Assembly: GCA_943704415.1 (NCBI GenBank)
Contig: CALSCO010001094.1
Coordinates: 1-42,622, forward strand
Source: Parvularia atlantis
Lineage: Eukaryota
DNA: 42,622 bases
Reading direction: 5' to 3'
Shown: one piece after another, positions 23,608 to 34,656 of the stretch
How positions within the stretch are numbered: the first letter of the stretch is position 1
How the letters are laid out: every line of letters begins with the position of its first letter
Notes under the pieces: generated by a model
The model's input: the letters and a program-made list of their open reading frames with translations, nothing else
What the model was told of the DNA's origin: nothing
Databases searched by the model: none
Translations under genes and position numbers: made by a program

Positions 23608-25645
23608 CTAGAGCTGGCTGAAGATGAACAGATTGTTGGTGGCGGCGACGGCGATCGAGCTCTCGTGCGGGTGCCACGCTGCGTGAGTGCGCGTGTCAGG
23701 CGCGGCCGCAGCGGCAACGGCAGGGTGCATGCGCGCCGCACCTGCGTGCAGGATCTTCTTCGAAAAGTCGATGTTCTCCACGTTCACGTCGTCCTTCTTC
23801 TTGCGGCCGATGCCCAGCTTGGACTTGGTCGTCGTCGCCTTCTTCTTGAACGCTGCGGCGTGACCGCCGCGTCAGCCGTAGTGCGCGCGCATTATGCATA
23901 ATGCGCGTGCCGAAGCGCGCGCACCGTTCTTCGACGCCTCGAGCGTGATGTCGCCCGTGCCGTTGACGTCGTACAGGTGAAACGAGTTGTGGTACGACCC
24001 GGTCATGGCGTGCCTGCGCGTTCGTGGTCGGTGAGCACGGTCCATGCGCGGCGGACAGCGCATGGCACGCACTTGCCGTCCCCGGAGAACGTGCACTCGA
24101 ACTTGTCGAAAATGCAGTCGTTCTCGTACAGGTCGCACAGCTTTGACCTGCGCGCACACGGCGGCGTGAGCGCGCTGGCGCTGTGCGGCACTGGCGCATG
24201 CCGGCGGGCACCTCAGGTGGTCGTGCACGTTGATCGTCTTCACGGGCTTATTCTGCAATTGCGACGGGTGAGTACGCGCGTCGCCGGCCCACGGGCGCCG
24301 TACGCACCTCCATGTTGACGTCCCAGATCTTGAGCGTCAGGTAGTCGCGCGAGAGGATGTATCGCCCGTCCTTGCTGAAGCGCACGTCCGAGATGGACGA
24401 GATGATCTCGGAGAAGAACGACTTGTTGGCCGGGTCCTCCTCCTCCTCAAACACTGCGCGCCACGGGGCGCCGCTCAGCACGCGGCCGCCGCGCGCCGCA
24501 GACGGCCGGCCGCACCCTTCGCGTGCTGGTCGCACAGGGCCTGTTGCCGCATGTCGGCCATCTTGATCGTGCCCTGCGCGCGCCGCGAGCGTCAGCGCGG
24601 CACGGGCGAGCGGGGGCGGGCGCCCGCGCACCTTGCTGCTGCTGTAGATCAGCAGGTGGCACTGCGTCGGGTGGAACTCGGCCGCAGTGATGACCTCGGT
24701 CAGCTCCTCCATGTTCTGCGGCTTGATGTCGACGATGTCTGTGCATAGCAGTCAGTGTCGCACCGCACCTGAGCCGGCCACGCCAGCACGCACTGAAGCT
24801 CTGGTCCGAGATGTTCATGTTCCACAGGTTGATGCGCAGGTCGTCGGCCGAGATGAACGTCTCGCCGTCCGAGTTGGTCGAGATCGAGTTGATGTGGTAC
24901 GCGTGCGCGTTGGCGTAGATGCGCCGGGGCACGTGCGCAAAGACCTTCTCCTGGTTCGTCAGCTTGGGTATCCGCAGGGCCGCGGCCGAGCTGCTGGCGG
25001 TGGCGGGGGCGGCGGCGGGCGCGCTGGCGACCATGGCATCGGCCGCGGGCAGGTTGGCGTTGGAGACGACCTTGAGCGTCTTCTCGTAGACCTTCCACAG
25101 CTTGATTGTCTTGTCTGCGCACGGCGGCGGCGGCGATCACGAGGGCGTGAGCACGCGGGCGGCACGCGAGCCACGCAGAAGGCGCACCGTTGGTCGAGAT
25201 GAGGAAGTGACCGTTGTTCTGGCGCCTGCACCACTTGATCTTGTTGATCTTCTCCTCGATCTCGAGGCTCTTGAGGTAGTCAAACTCGGGCTCGTGGCTC
25301 TGGAACTCGGTCCAGAACTTGTACTGGCAGCCCTTCTTCTGCTCGATGCGACACAACGACGCGTTCAGCAGCAACAACAACAACGAGAGGCGCCGCACCG
25401 TCTCGTCGCGCTCAAACAGCACCACGCGCCCGCCCTTGTCGCCCGTCGCGAGGTAGCGGCCCGAGTGGTCAAACTCGACCGTAGAGATGATGTCGGCTGC
25501 CGTGCCGCCGTCGCCCCGGTGGCGTGAGCGCGGCACCACAACAACGGCCGCCGGGCGCCGCACCCTCCGTGATCTCGTCCTGGTTGCCCTTGTCGCCGAA
25601 GCACTGGGCAAACTTCCAGCCGCCGTTCTCCTCGGCCGAGGACAT
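23608..25645 (-). CDS. PPP2R2: Protein phosphatase 2A regulatory B55 subunit (PPP2R2/Cdc55), multi-intron
   Basis: [117 protein letters not shown]. Confidence 0.96.
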
Positions 25646-25975
25646 GGTGCGGCGCGGGACAGGCGGGGCGGGTGGGTGGCGCGGCGAGGCGAGGCGAGGC
25701 GAGGCGAATTGGCTGCTGCGACGCGCGCCGTCAGGGGAGCCGCCCCCTCCCCACGCGCATCGCGCGGCGCCATCCGCGCCCGCCCCGGTCTGTGTGGCGC
25801 CCACGCGCACCGGATGGACGTGCGCGGCGAGGGCGGGCGGCTGCGGGGCGCGGCGGATGGGCTTCGCCGGGTGCGGCGCGGATGGTGCGGAATCGAGAGT
25901 CGATCAGGGCAACTGCAGCAGCGGACACCTGTACACAGGAGGCGCTGAACGGCTGGCGGCTCGCTGCTCACCAGC

Positions 25976-26727
25976 TCAGCCCGTGCGCAGGATGAGGTGC
26001 ACGCCCGAGTCGGTCTCGACGATGTCGCTGCGCTCGCCCACCTTGAGCTTGCGCCTGCGCGGGGGAAAAGGGCGAGCGTGTCAGAAAAACACACGCATCG
26101 GCAGCAGCGTGCGCACGTCGCCCGCTCGAACGGCTCTGTCGTGGCGCACGGCCGCAGCGTCAGCGACGCAAGCAGGCACCACCCAGCCGGCCGCGCAGCA
26201 CGCACCCTGCATTTGCCCGGCCTCGAACCAGCCCAGGTCGCCGCCCTTCTTGGCGCTTGAGCAGTCGCTCTCGGTCTCGGCCAGCGCCGCAAAGCTGATC
26301 TCGTTGTTGTCGAGCCGCCGCTGGTAGCCGCGCAGGATCTCGATCGCCTCGTCCTTGGTGCGCGTGATCGTCTCCTGCGCGCACACGTGCGGCTCACGTC
26401 AGCCATCGGCGCGGCTCTGGCGCGGCGCACCTGCCGCCACGACGACGGCCGCCGGCTCTTGTTGTGCTTCACGAGCAGGTGCGAAGCGCGCATGCGCCCG
26501 TCGGCCAGCACTGGTGGGTCCCACGAAGACTCGTTCGTGCGCGTGTTGAAGTAGTACGGCATGTCACGCGACTTGGACATGCGGATCTCCCTGCGCGACA
26601 TGATCAGTCGTACTGCGAGCGCGCAATGTCCCCGCGGCGCACCAGCCCGGCGGCAGCCCGCGCCCGTCCTGTGCGCGCGCAGCAGCGATCAGTCGACTGC
26701 GACGCATCCGACGCGACGCACCGCCAT
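25976..26727 (-). CDS. PIN1: Peptidyl-prolyl isomerase PIN1/Ess1 (WW + parvulin); 5 introns
   Basis: [92 protein letters not shown]. Confidence 0.95.
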
Positions 26728-26754
26728 GATGCGCCCCGTGTCACACGCAGTCGT

Positions 26755-26763
26755 CCTCTTTTC
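26755..26763 (+). promoter_or_regulatory. Pyrimidine tract CCTCTTTTC (TCT/5'TOP-like initiator) upstream of the RPL27 5'UTR intron 26775-26952
   Basis: Oligopyrimidine motif typical of ribosomal protein gene starts, just before a GTGCGT donor whose CAG acceptor abuts the RPL27 ATG. Confidence 0.45.
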
Positions 26764-26856
26764 GACTCTCGAAGGTGCGTCTTGAACGCCGCTCAGCGCA
26801 CGCCACTCGCGTACGCCCCGCGCGCACGCCCCGCGCACGCCGCACGCCGCACACAC

Positions 26857-26890
<34 letters not shown>

Positions 26891-26896
26891 ATGGAT
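26857..26896. repeat. (GGAT)n tetranucleotide repeat in the RPL27 leader intron
   Basis: Directly visible. Confidence 0.9.
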
Positions 26897-26952
26897 GTGC
26901 ACGACACAGCGCGCAGGCGGCGCACAGCACGCTCACAGCACCTCGCGCGCAG

Positions 26953-27432
26953 ATGGTCAAGTTTATCAAGCCCGGCAAGGTCGTCGTCGTGCTCAACGGC
27001 CGCTTCGCCGGCCACAAGGCCGTCGTGGTCAAGAACTTTGACGACGGCACGGCGCAGGTGCGCGTCGTGTCGCGCGCGCTGCGGCTGCGCCCGACGTCGT
27101 CGCTGACACCTCGCGCGCGCATTCCGCAGCGCCCGTACGGCCACGCCCTCGTCGCCGGCGTCGAGCGCTACCCGCTCAAGATCACGCGCGGCATGGGCAA
27201 GAAGCGCGTGGCCAAGCGGTCAAAGGTCAAGCCGTTCGTCAAGGTGATCAACTTCAACCACTTCATGCCGACGCGGTACAGCCTCGACGTGGACCTGAAG
27301 GGCGTGGTCGAGGCCGACAAGCTCAAGGACCCGACGCAGCGCGTGGCCGCGCGCAAGGAGATCAAGAAGCGCCTGGAGGAGCGCTACGCCACGGGCAAGA
27401 ACCGGTGGTTCTTCCAGAAGCTCCGGTTCTGA
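26953..27432 (+). CDS. RPL27: 60S ribosomal protein eL27; intron 27058-27129
   Basis: [70 protein letters not shown]. Confidence 0.98.
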   Translation: MVKFIKPGKVVVVLNGRFAGHKAVVVKNFDDGTAQVRVVSRALRLRPTSSLTPRARIPQRPYGHALVAGVERYPLKITRGMGKKRVAKRSKVKPFVKVINFNHFMPTRYSLDVDLKGVVEADKLKDPTQRVAARKEIKKRLEERYATGKNRWFFQKLRF

Positions 27433-27555
27433 GCGGACGCCGCGCCCTTCACGTGTGTGTGCCTCGTTGTGGTCGTGTGCTGATCGAGCTATCGGGGCGC
27501 CCGCACGACACTCCCGCCAGCTTTGCGTGCAGCCGAACAAGCAAATATTGATGCA

Positions 27556-29889
27556 TCACTTGAGGATCGCCTGGATCGCGTCCACCCACCGGTTGGCCTC
27601 GCCGCTCGGGTCCTCGAGGTAGAATGTGCGCTTGGCCGTGTGCACGAAGAACGTGCGCCGGTTCTTGAGCTCGGGCTTGAGCCCGTCGGTCCACGGGATC
27701 TCGCCCTTCTGCACCATCTGCGCCCGTCGCCGTCAGCGCCGACCGCACTCGCACTGGCACCACGCACCTTCTCCTCGTCAATGTAGATCAGCCGCGGCAG
27801 GTCCGTCAGGATAAACTGGCGCCGCTTGGTAAACATGCCCTTGCGCTTGTTCAGCGGCCCTGCAACGTTTGTCAGCGCTTGCTGTGCACGCCACGCGGCA
27901 CGCAGCACCGTTCAGCACGATCAACTCGTTGGTGAGCAGGAACTCGGCCCAGGGCGAGTTGGTCTTCTGCTCCCGCAGCAGGCGTGCGCGCTCCGGGTCA
28001 ATTGCCAGCTGCGACACGCTGCTGCGGCGCGGTGTCAGCCGAGCCGTGTCAGCCGCGCTGCGCCACCGCACACCTTTGCCGCTTGGCGTCGTCCAGGAAC
28101 GGGTCGCGCCCGAGGCCGCCCAGGTCCGTCTGCGGGCGCTCGGCGCGCGCAAGATCTTCGGCCTTCTCGTCCGAGCGCAGCTCCTCGTTGTTGCCCGGGA
28201 TGGCCGGCAGGTACGGCAGCAGCTGCGGGCGCGCGCACACTCAGCAACGAGCGCGGCAGCGGCAGGCGCACGCACCTTGGGCGGTGTCTGCGTCGGCAGC
28301 GTCGCCCAGTCGGTGCCCTCGAAAAACTTGTGCGCCTTGACGTCCGCGTACCCGCCCGGCCCGCTCCCGAGCCGCTCGGCCGGGCTGAGGACCTGCGCGC
28401 ACGCCCACGCACGTCTCAGTGACGCACGCGGACAGAAAGCCGCGGAGCCGCACCAAGATCTTCTCCACTAGGTCGCGCGCGAGCGGTGGGAAGCCCTCGG
28501 GGATGGTGTACTCGAGCCGCGTGATCTTCTGGAAGGTCTGGTACTCGTTTGGTCCTGCGCACCCGCTTGCCCGTGAGCCGTGCAATGCGCGGGCGTGCAG
28601 AGCGCACCCTTGAACGGCGGGCGCCCGGCCAGCAGCTGGTACACGATGCAGCCCCAGGCCCAGATGTCAGAGCTGCGCCGGGCACGATGAGACGGACGCG
28701 CGACGGACGCACGGCCGCGCCACGCACGATTTCCCGGCGTACTTCTCCGTCAGCAGCTCGGGCGAGACGTACTCGGCCGTGCCAACAAACGAATTGCCGC
28801 GCGTGGCTGGCGCCGCACTGTCGTCAGCATGCTCGCGCATCCACAGCGGGGCGCACGCACCGATCTGGCCGTCGTCGCCCTTGTCCTCGTCCAGGATCTT
28901 GGCCGTGCCAAAGTCGGTCAGCTTGATGTGCATCTTGGCGTCGAGCAGAACGTTCTCGGGCTTGATGTCGCGGTGGATCACGTTGATGCCGTGCAGGTAC
29001 TCGATCGCGGCGAGGATCTCGGCGGCGTAGAACAGCGTGCACGTCTCGTCGAACGAGCCGAGCTGCGTCCCGCGACGCGGCGTCAGCAGTAGCAGCGGCG
29101 GCGATGCGAGTGCGTCGCACGCGCCTTCTTGACCCAGTCCAGCAACTCGCCATTGGTCGCCAGATCGAGCACAAAGTCTGCGCCGGCCGCGATCAGTCTT
29201 GTCACCGACACGCGCACACGTATCGGCGCGCGCACAGAGGCTGGCCTCGTCCTGGAACGTGTAGAACAGGCGCACGCAGAACGGGTGGCTGAGCCTGTGC
29301 AGCACGTTCTTCTCCTGCGGCGGCGCATTCATCAGTCAGCGTGATGCGGTCGCGGATGGGCGGCGGCGGCAGCGGCGGCGGCGCACGACGTGGACGTATT
29401 TGATCTTCTTCTCCTTGATGATGTGCTTCTTGTCCAGCACCTTGATGGCGAACTGGCGCCCGGTGGACGAGTCGACCGCCTGCATGACCTGCGCGAGCGA
29501 GCACCGTGTACGTCAGCCTCGCCGTTCGCACGGCAGCCGCCCGCACCGTCGAGTACGAGCCCTCACCCAGCTGCTCGCCAAACACAAAGTCCTCGGCCGT
29601 GCGCTTGCGCAGGCTCTCGCTCGACTGCCGCGCGCCGTGCCACGGGCCGCGTCAGGCTTCAGCCCCTGTTGCGCACAACACGCACCGCGGACGGCAGCAA
29701 CACGCGCGTCGGCGTCCCGCCGGCCCCGGGCGACATCGGGCGCGTCGCGAGGCTGCTGTTGCTGCCACTGCCACTGCCGCCGCCGGGCGCGGCCGCCGGC
29801 TGCCCGCGCGGCGACGTCGGGCTCAGCAGGACGCTCGTGTCGAGTGCGTCGGCGAGCGCATCGACGTCCAGACGCGCCGCATCCATCAT
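27556..29889 (-). CDS. PDPK1: 3-phosphoinositide-dependent kinase PDK1 with a C-terminal PH domain, multi-intron
   Basis: [75 protein letters not shown] domain [36 protein letters not shown]. Confidence 0.94.
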
Positions 29890-29980
29890 GGCGTACGAAA
29901 CATGAGTTGCGGGGGCGCCGTTCACACGGTGTGTGGCGCTCTCTCTCTCTTTCTCTCCCTCTCTCCTCGCGCGCGCGCGC

Positions 29981-30062
29981 GTCGCTCGTCGCTCGTCACT
30001 CGTCGCTCGTCACTCGTCGCTGGTCACTCGTCGCTCGTCACTCGTCGCTCGTCGCTCGTCGC
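29981..30062. repeat. Heptamer tandem array (TCGTCGC/TCGTCAC)n in the PDK1-SDR divergent intergenic region
   Basis: About 11 units directly visible. Confidence 0.85.
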
Positions 30063-30098
30063 GCGCGGCTGATCGGCGCGTCGCCGCGCACGCCGCAG

Positions 30099-31199
30099 AT
30101 GACGGACGTGTTTGGTCTCGCCGGCAAGCACGTCTTTGTGTGTCGTTTGTGTGCGCGCGATCGGCGCGGAGGACGCTGAATGCGACGCGAAGGTGTCGGG
30201 CGCGTCCGGCGGCATCGGCCTCGTCACGGCTCGCGAGTTCCTCAGTGCGTGCGCGCGGGCGCGCGGCCGTGCTGCACGCGGTGCTGACGGCGTGTGTGGG
30301 TGGCGGTGCAGGCCACGGCGCCAAGGTCACGCTGCACTACAACACCAAGCCCGGCCCCGTCCAGGCGCTGCTGGCACAGCACCCAGACGCGGCGTGCGCG
30401 GTCGGCGCGCGGCTGGAGGACGAGGGTGAGGTGCGGCGCGCGGTGCAGGAGGCCGTCGCGCGCCTCGGCCCGATCAACGTCGTCGTCGTCAACCACGGCA
30501 TCTGGCCCGAGCAGGACGTGCTGCTCAAGGTGCTGTGACGACGACGGCGCATGCAACGCGCGAGCGCTGACGGGAGGCGCACGCACAGGATATGACGCTG
30601 GTCCAGTGGAACAGCACCATTGCCGCCAACCTCACCAGCTCGTTCCTGCTTATCCGCGAGTTCCTGCAGCAGGTCGAGCGCCACCAGGTCACGGACAACG
30701 TCGCCGTCGTCATGATCGGCTCGACCGCGGGCAAGTTTGGCGAGGCGTACCACGCCGGTGCACGCCACACCGCGCCCCTCCTTGCTCCCGCTCACGGCCG
30801 CGTGCGCCTAGACTACGCCGTGACCAAATCGGCGATGATGACCGGCCTCCTCTTCAGCCTCAAGAACGAGATCGTCAAGACGGCGCCGCGCGGCCGCGTC
30901 AACGTCGTCGCGCCGGGCTGGGTCTCGACGCCGATGGCCGAGCGCGCGTTCAACGACATGACCCTGCTGTACCAGGCGCTGGCGAGGTGCGCGCCGACTG
31001 CCGCGTGCGTCGTGGTCTCCTCTCAGCGCCGCGGCGCAGCTCGCCGCTCAAGAAGGTGTCGACGCCCGAGGACATTGCGCGCGCGATCGTCTTCCTCGCG
31101 AGCGAGAAGATGGCCGGCAACATCACCGGCCACGTGATCGACGTCAACGCGGGCATGGAGGGCCGCCTGCTCAACAAGCGCAGCGACTTTAGCGCGTGA
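30099..31199 (+). CDS. Short-chain dehydrogenase/reductase (classical SDR); 5 introns
   Basis: VSGASGGIG Rossmann motif, VVNHG, IGSTAG, catalytic YAVTK, RVNVVAPGW.TPM, ITGHVIDVNAG. Confidence 0.92.
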
Positions 31200-31254
31200 G
31201 CAAGCGCGAGAGACATTATTATTGCGGTGAACACACATGCGGCGCCAGCGGCTT

Positions 31255-34200
31255 TCACTGTTTCTTGTACGTCAGCGACGCACGCTCCTCCAGGTTGGCC
31301 TCGATCTGGGCCCGCGTCAGGCGCACGTCCTTGAGCTCCTTGCGCGCAAACAGCTCCCACTGGTCGCCCACGTGCGCAAAGACGTCGCCGCCGCGCGACT
31401 CGGGCGTCGCGTTGCCGTAGCCTATCAGCGTCTTAGCGCGCGGGCCGCTGCGCGCGGGTGCAGCGTGCGATCAGGCAAGCGCAGCGCGCTTCATAGCATG
31501 CACATACTCGGGCTTGAACTCGGCGATGCACACAAAGCTGTCACCGCCGACGGGGCCGAGGTACGTGTTGCCGCCCCACCACACGTTGCGGAACGTGTCC
31601 GAGTCACCGTGGCCCGGGTAGGTCAGCTCCGGGCGGCGGCCGTCGGGGAAGCGGTGCGCGGCGCCCCAGCCGGCGTCGAGCGCGATGCCGCGCAGACGGA
31701 GCCTGTTGTGTGCGCGCCTTAGGTTGGTGCCCGCACGCCGCAGCGAACGCACGTGCGGATGGCCTCGCGGACGGCCTCGACCGCGGCGGCCGGGTTGGCG
31801 AGCGTGTTGGGCGTGCCGAGGTAGTCCTGCGCGCGCGCGCGCGTCGGTCAGCGCACGGCCGGTTATGCGAGCGGCACGCTTCCGCACCTGGTCAGACCAG
31901 CCGTTGACAAAGACCTGGCCGACGACGTTGCGGCGCCACGAGTCGAACAACGCCGCGCCGGATGCGTCGGCGTCGTACGTGCGGTCCCAGTTTGCGAGGA
32001 TGCGCGCGGCCTGCTGTAGGTCGAGCTCGCCCGCGCCGTACTGCGCGATCGCCTCGACCAAGTCGTCCTGCGCATGCCGTCAGCCCCGCGCGCACACAGG
32101 CACGTGCCCCGCAAACGCACCACCACGTGGTTGGCGTACTCCTTCAGCGTGCTGTGCTTGAGCTCGGAGAACTTCTCGAACGTCATGTTGTTGGCGCTCT
32201 CGAGCAGGCGTACCGAGGCCTGCGGGCGGAAGCCCATCGACGGCGGCGAACTCATGTACGGCGGGTACTCGTCCGGGTTAGCGCCGCGCTGGTAGAGCGG
32301 GAAGGCGTGCGTCCATGGCGGCTCGTTGCAGTTCTGCACAAAGCCCGCGGCCGGGTTCTCGACGCGCGGCAGCTCGTCCCACGAGTGCAGCTCGGTCCAG
32401 AGGTACAGCGACGAGTTGCCTTGCGGGGGCACACCCCGTCAGCCACACCAAGGATTGCGCAGCGCTGCACAGCGCACCGGGCACGGGGCGATTCCAGAAG
32501 TTCCAGTCGCCAAGCGAACGCCGCGGCACGTAGCCGTTGAACACAGCCATGATGTCGCCGTCGCGCGAGGCCATGACGGTCGTGAACATAGAAATCTGCT
32601 CGTAGCGCACGGCCCGTGTGAACGGAGGCGCCGGTCGCGGCACCCAGGAGAGCGCGGCGCACCTGCAGCGGGCGCATAGCGTCCTTGAACTCCTCCATGT
32701 TGCGCGCCTTGCTCATCTGCGTCCACTGGTACAGCGGGTCCGGGCGGTCGGTGCCGGCGAGACGCTGCGACGGCGCGGCCGGCGTGAGGCGTCGGCCCCG
32801 CTTGCACCTCGGTGCCGGCCACGCACCACGGCGATGGCGTAGTCGCTGTTGCGCTGCGTGATGTCGCCGTGCACGCTCGACTCGATCACGATCGTCTCTG
32901 CGCGCGCGCAGGGCCGCGTCGGCATGCCTGGGTGCGCACCAGCACAGACGCGCGCACCCTCGCGGATTGTGCCGTCCTCCTGCTTGATCTTGTGGGTGAT
33001 GCGGTCCTCCTTGAGCGTGAGCAGCTGGCGCGAGCGCGTGTGAGCGAGCTGGCGTGCCAGCAAAAAAAAAAAAAGGTAGCACCTGGCCGTCGAGATAGTA
33101 CTGGTTCTCGTTCACGAGCTCGAGCAGGTACGTCGTCCAGGCCTGGCCCTTGTTGACCGTGTGGGTCCAGCCCAGGTACTTGTTGAAGCCGATCTGCAAG
33201 TTGGGCAGGCCGACAAAGCCCGTGCCGTACTGTGTGCGCAACAGCGGGTGAGCAAGCGCTGGCACGGGGGCGCGCGGCGGCGCACCACGTCGTAGTCGTC
33301 GTTCTCGACCACGAGGTGCGCCTCGTACCAGCGGAAGAACGAGCCGTACGGCAGGTGCGGGTTCTGTGCCGTGCGCGCGGAGGCTCAGCGTCATCCGGGG
33401 GTGCTGCTCGCTGTCGCGCGCGCGCGCACCATGTCGATCTTGGCCGAGCCGTCCGACTTGGGCCCGTTGATCGCCCACGCGTTTGAGCCAAAGGCGTCCT
33501 TGAACTCCTCGTAGTCACGGCTCTCGATCTGCCAGTCGGTGAAGGCGGCGTAGTGCACGCCCTTGCCGTGGTGCTTGGCCTTAAAGGCGTTGCCGGAGCG
33601 GTCGACGGGCAGGTTGCCGTTGGAGTAGCCACCGGCGTACGTGAACTCAAAGTAGACGCGCATGCCGTGGCCGAAGAAGTCGAGGCCGGTGACGGGCAGC
33701 ACGTTGAGCAGCTGCGCGGTTGGTATGGGGTGTTAAGTACGGGGGATGATGCGGGCGACTGACGCGAGGTGAAGCGAAGAGAAAGCGAAGAGAAAGCGAG
33801 AGAAAGCGAAGAGAAAGCGAAGAGAAAGCGAGAGAAAGCGAGAGAAAGCGAGAGAAAGCGAGGATAGCGAGAGAAGTGGGGGAAAGCGAAGAGAAAGCGA
33901 GAGAAAGCGAGAGAAAGCGAGACGAGGATAGCGAGAGAAAGCAAAGAGAAGAGAAAGAACTGAAGCGAGAGAAGCGAGGGAAGCACAACAACGACAGGGC
34001 AGCAAGCACAGCAAGAGCAAAGACCAGTCCCCACACGGCCATCGTCAAGAAGCGAACCTCGGCAGGACGAACTTCGCCCGGACTCTCGGCCAGGTACTGC
34101 GAGAATCCCTCCGCAAAGGCCTCGAACGACTGCACGTCGCGCGCGCATCAGCCACAGCCGCCGCCTCTCGCCTTGGCGCGCACCGCCACGGCCTCGGGGT

Positions 34201-34571
34201 TCTGCGCGGCGTAGAGGCTGGCGGTGTACTGCGGGATGCGCTGCGAGAGCGTGCGCTGGTCCAGTAGCTGCCACTTCTCGCCCCAGTACTCGGCGGCGCG
34301 CCCGCGGCCGACGCCGACGAAGCGCAGCAGCGTGCTCGCGTGGTCGCGCGCCTGCGCGTAGCCGTAGCCGTACGCCTGTTCCCTCCCTCCCGGGTGAGGC
34401 GCACGCAGCCACAAGCAGCACACGGCGGCGCACCAGCGCGTCCGGCGTGTCGGCGAAGACGTGCGGCACGCCGTACGTGTCCCACAGCACCTCGACGTTC
34501 TGCGCCGACGACAGCGCGGCGGCGGCCGCGGCCGCGGCGAGCGCCGCCGCGACGACGAGGACGCGGCGCAT
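31255..34571 (-). CDS. Secreted Ntn-hydrolase of the penicillin acylase family (peptidase S45; cephalosporin/AHL acylase-like), many introns
   Basis: Signal peptide [23 protein letters not shown]. Alpha chain WDTYGVPHVFA..YGYGYAQARDH..GRAAEYWG. Beta chain starts G|SNAWAI (Ser codon 33484-33486), then NPHLPY..WYEAHL, GLPNLQIGFNKYLGWTHTVN, HG, QNCNEPPW, GGDSF. Confidence 0.92.
33771..33980. repeat. Purine-rich minisatellite (GCGA(A)GAGAAA-type 10-11 nt units) inside the 346-nt acylase intron 33712-34057
   Basis: Directly visible degenerate tandem units. Confidence 0.85.
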
Positions 34572-34656
34572 CGGCGGGTCACGGGACTGCAATTTGCGCT
34601 GCGCAACCACGGCCGTGCCTGCACACATGCGTCTGCTCACTGGACGCAGCCCACCG

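Noticed and set aside
29981..30062. Short repeat array considered as CRISPR-like or telomeric
   Set aside because: Contiguous heptamers with no spacers, no cas genes and no telomere motif; a simple minisatellite.
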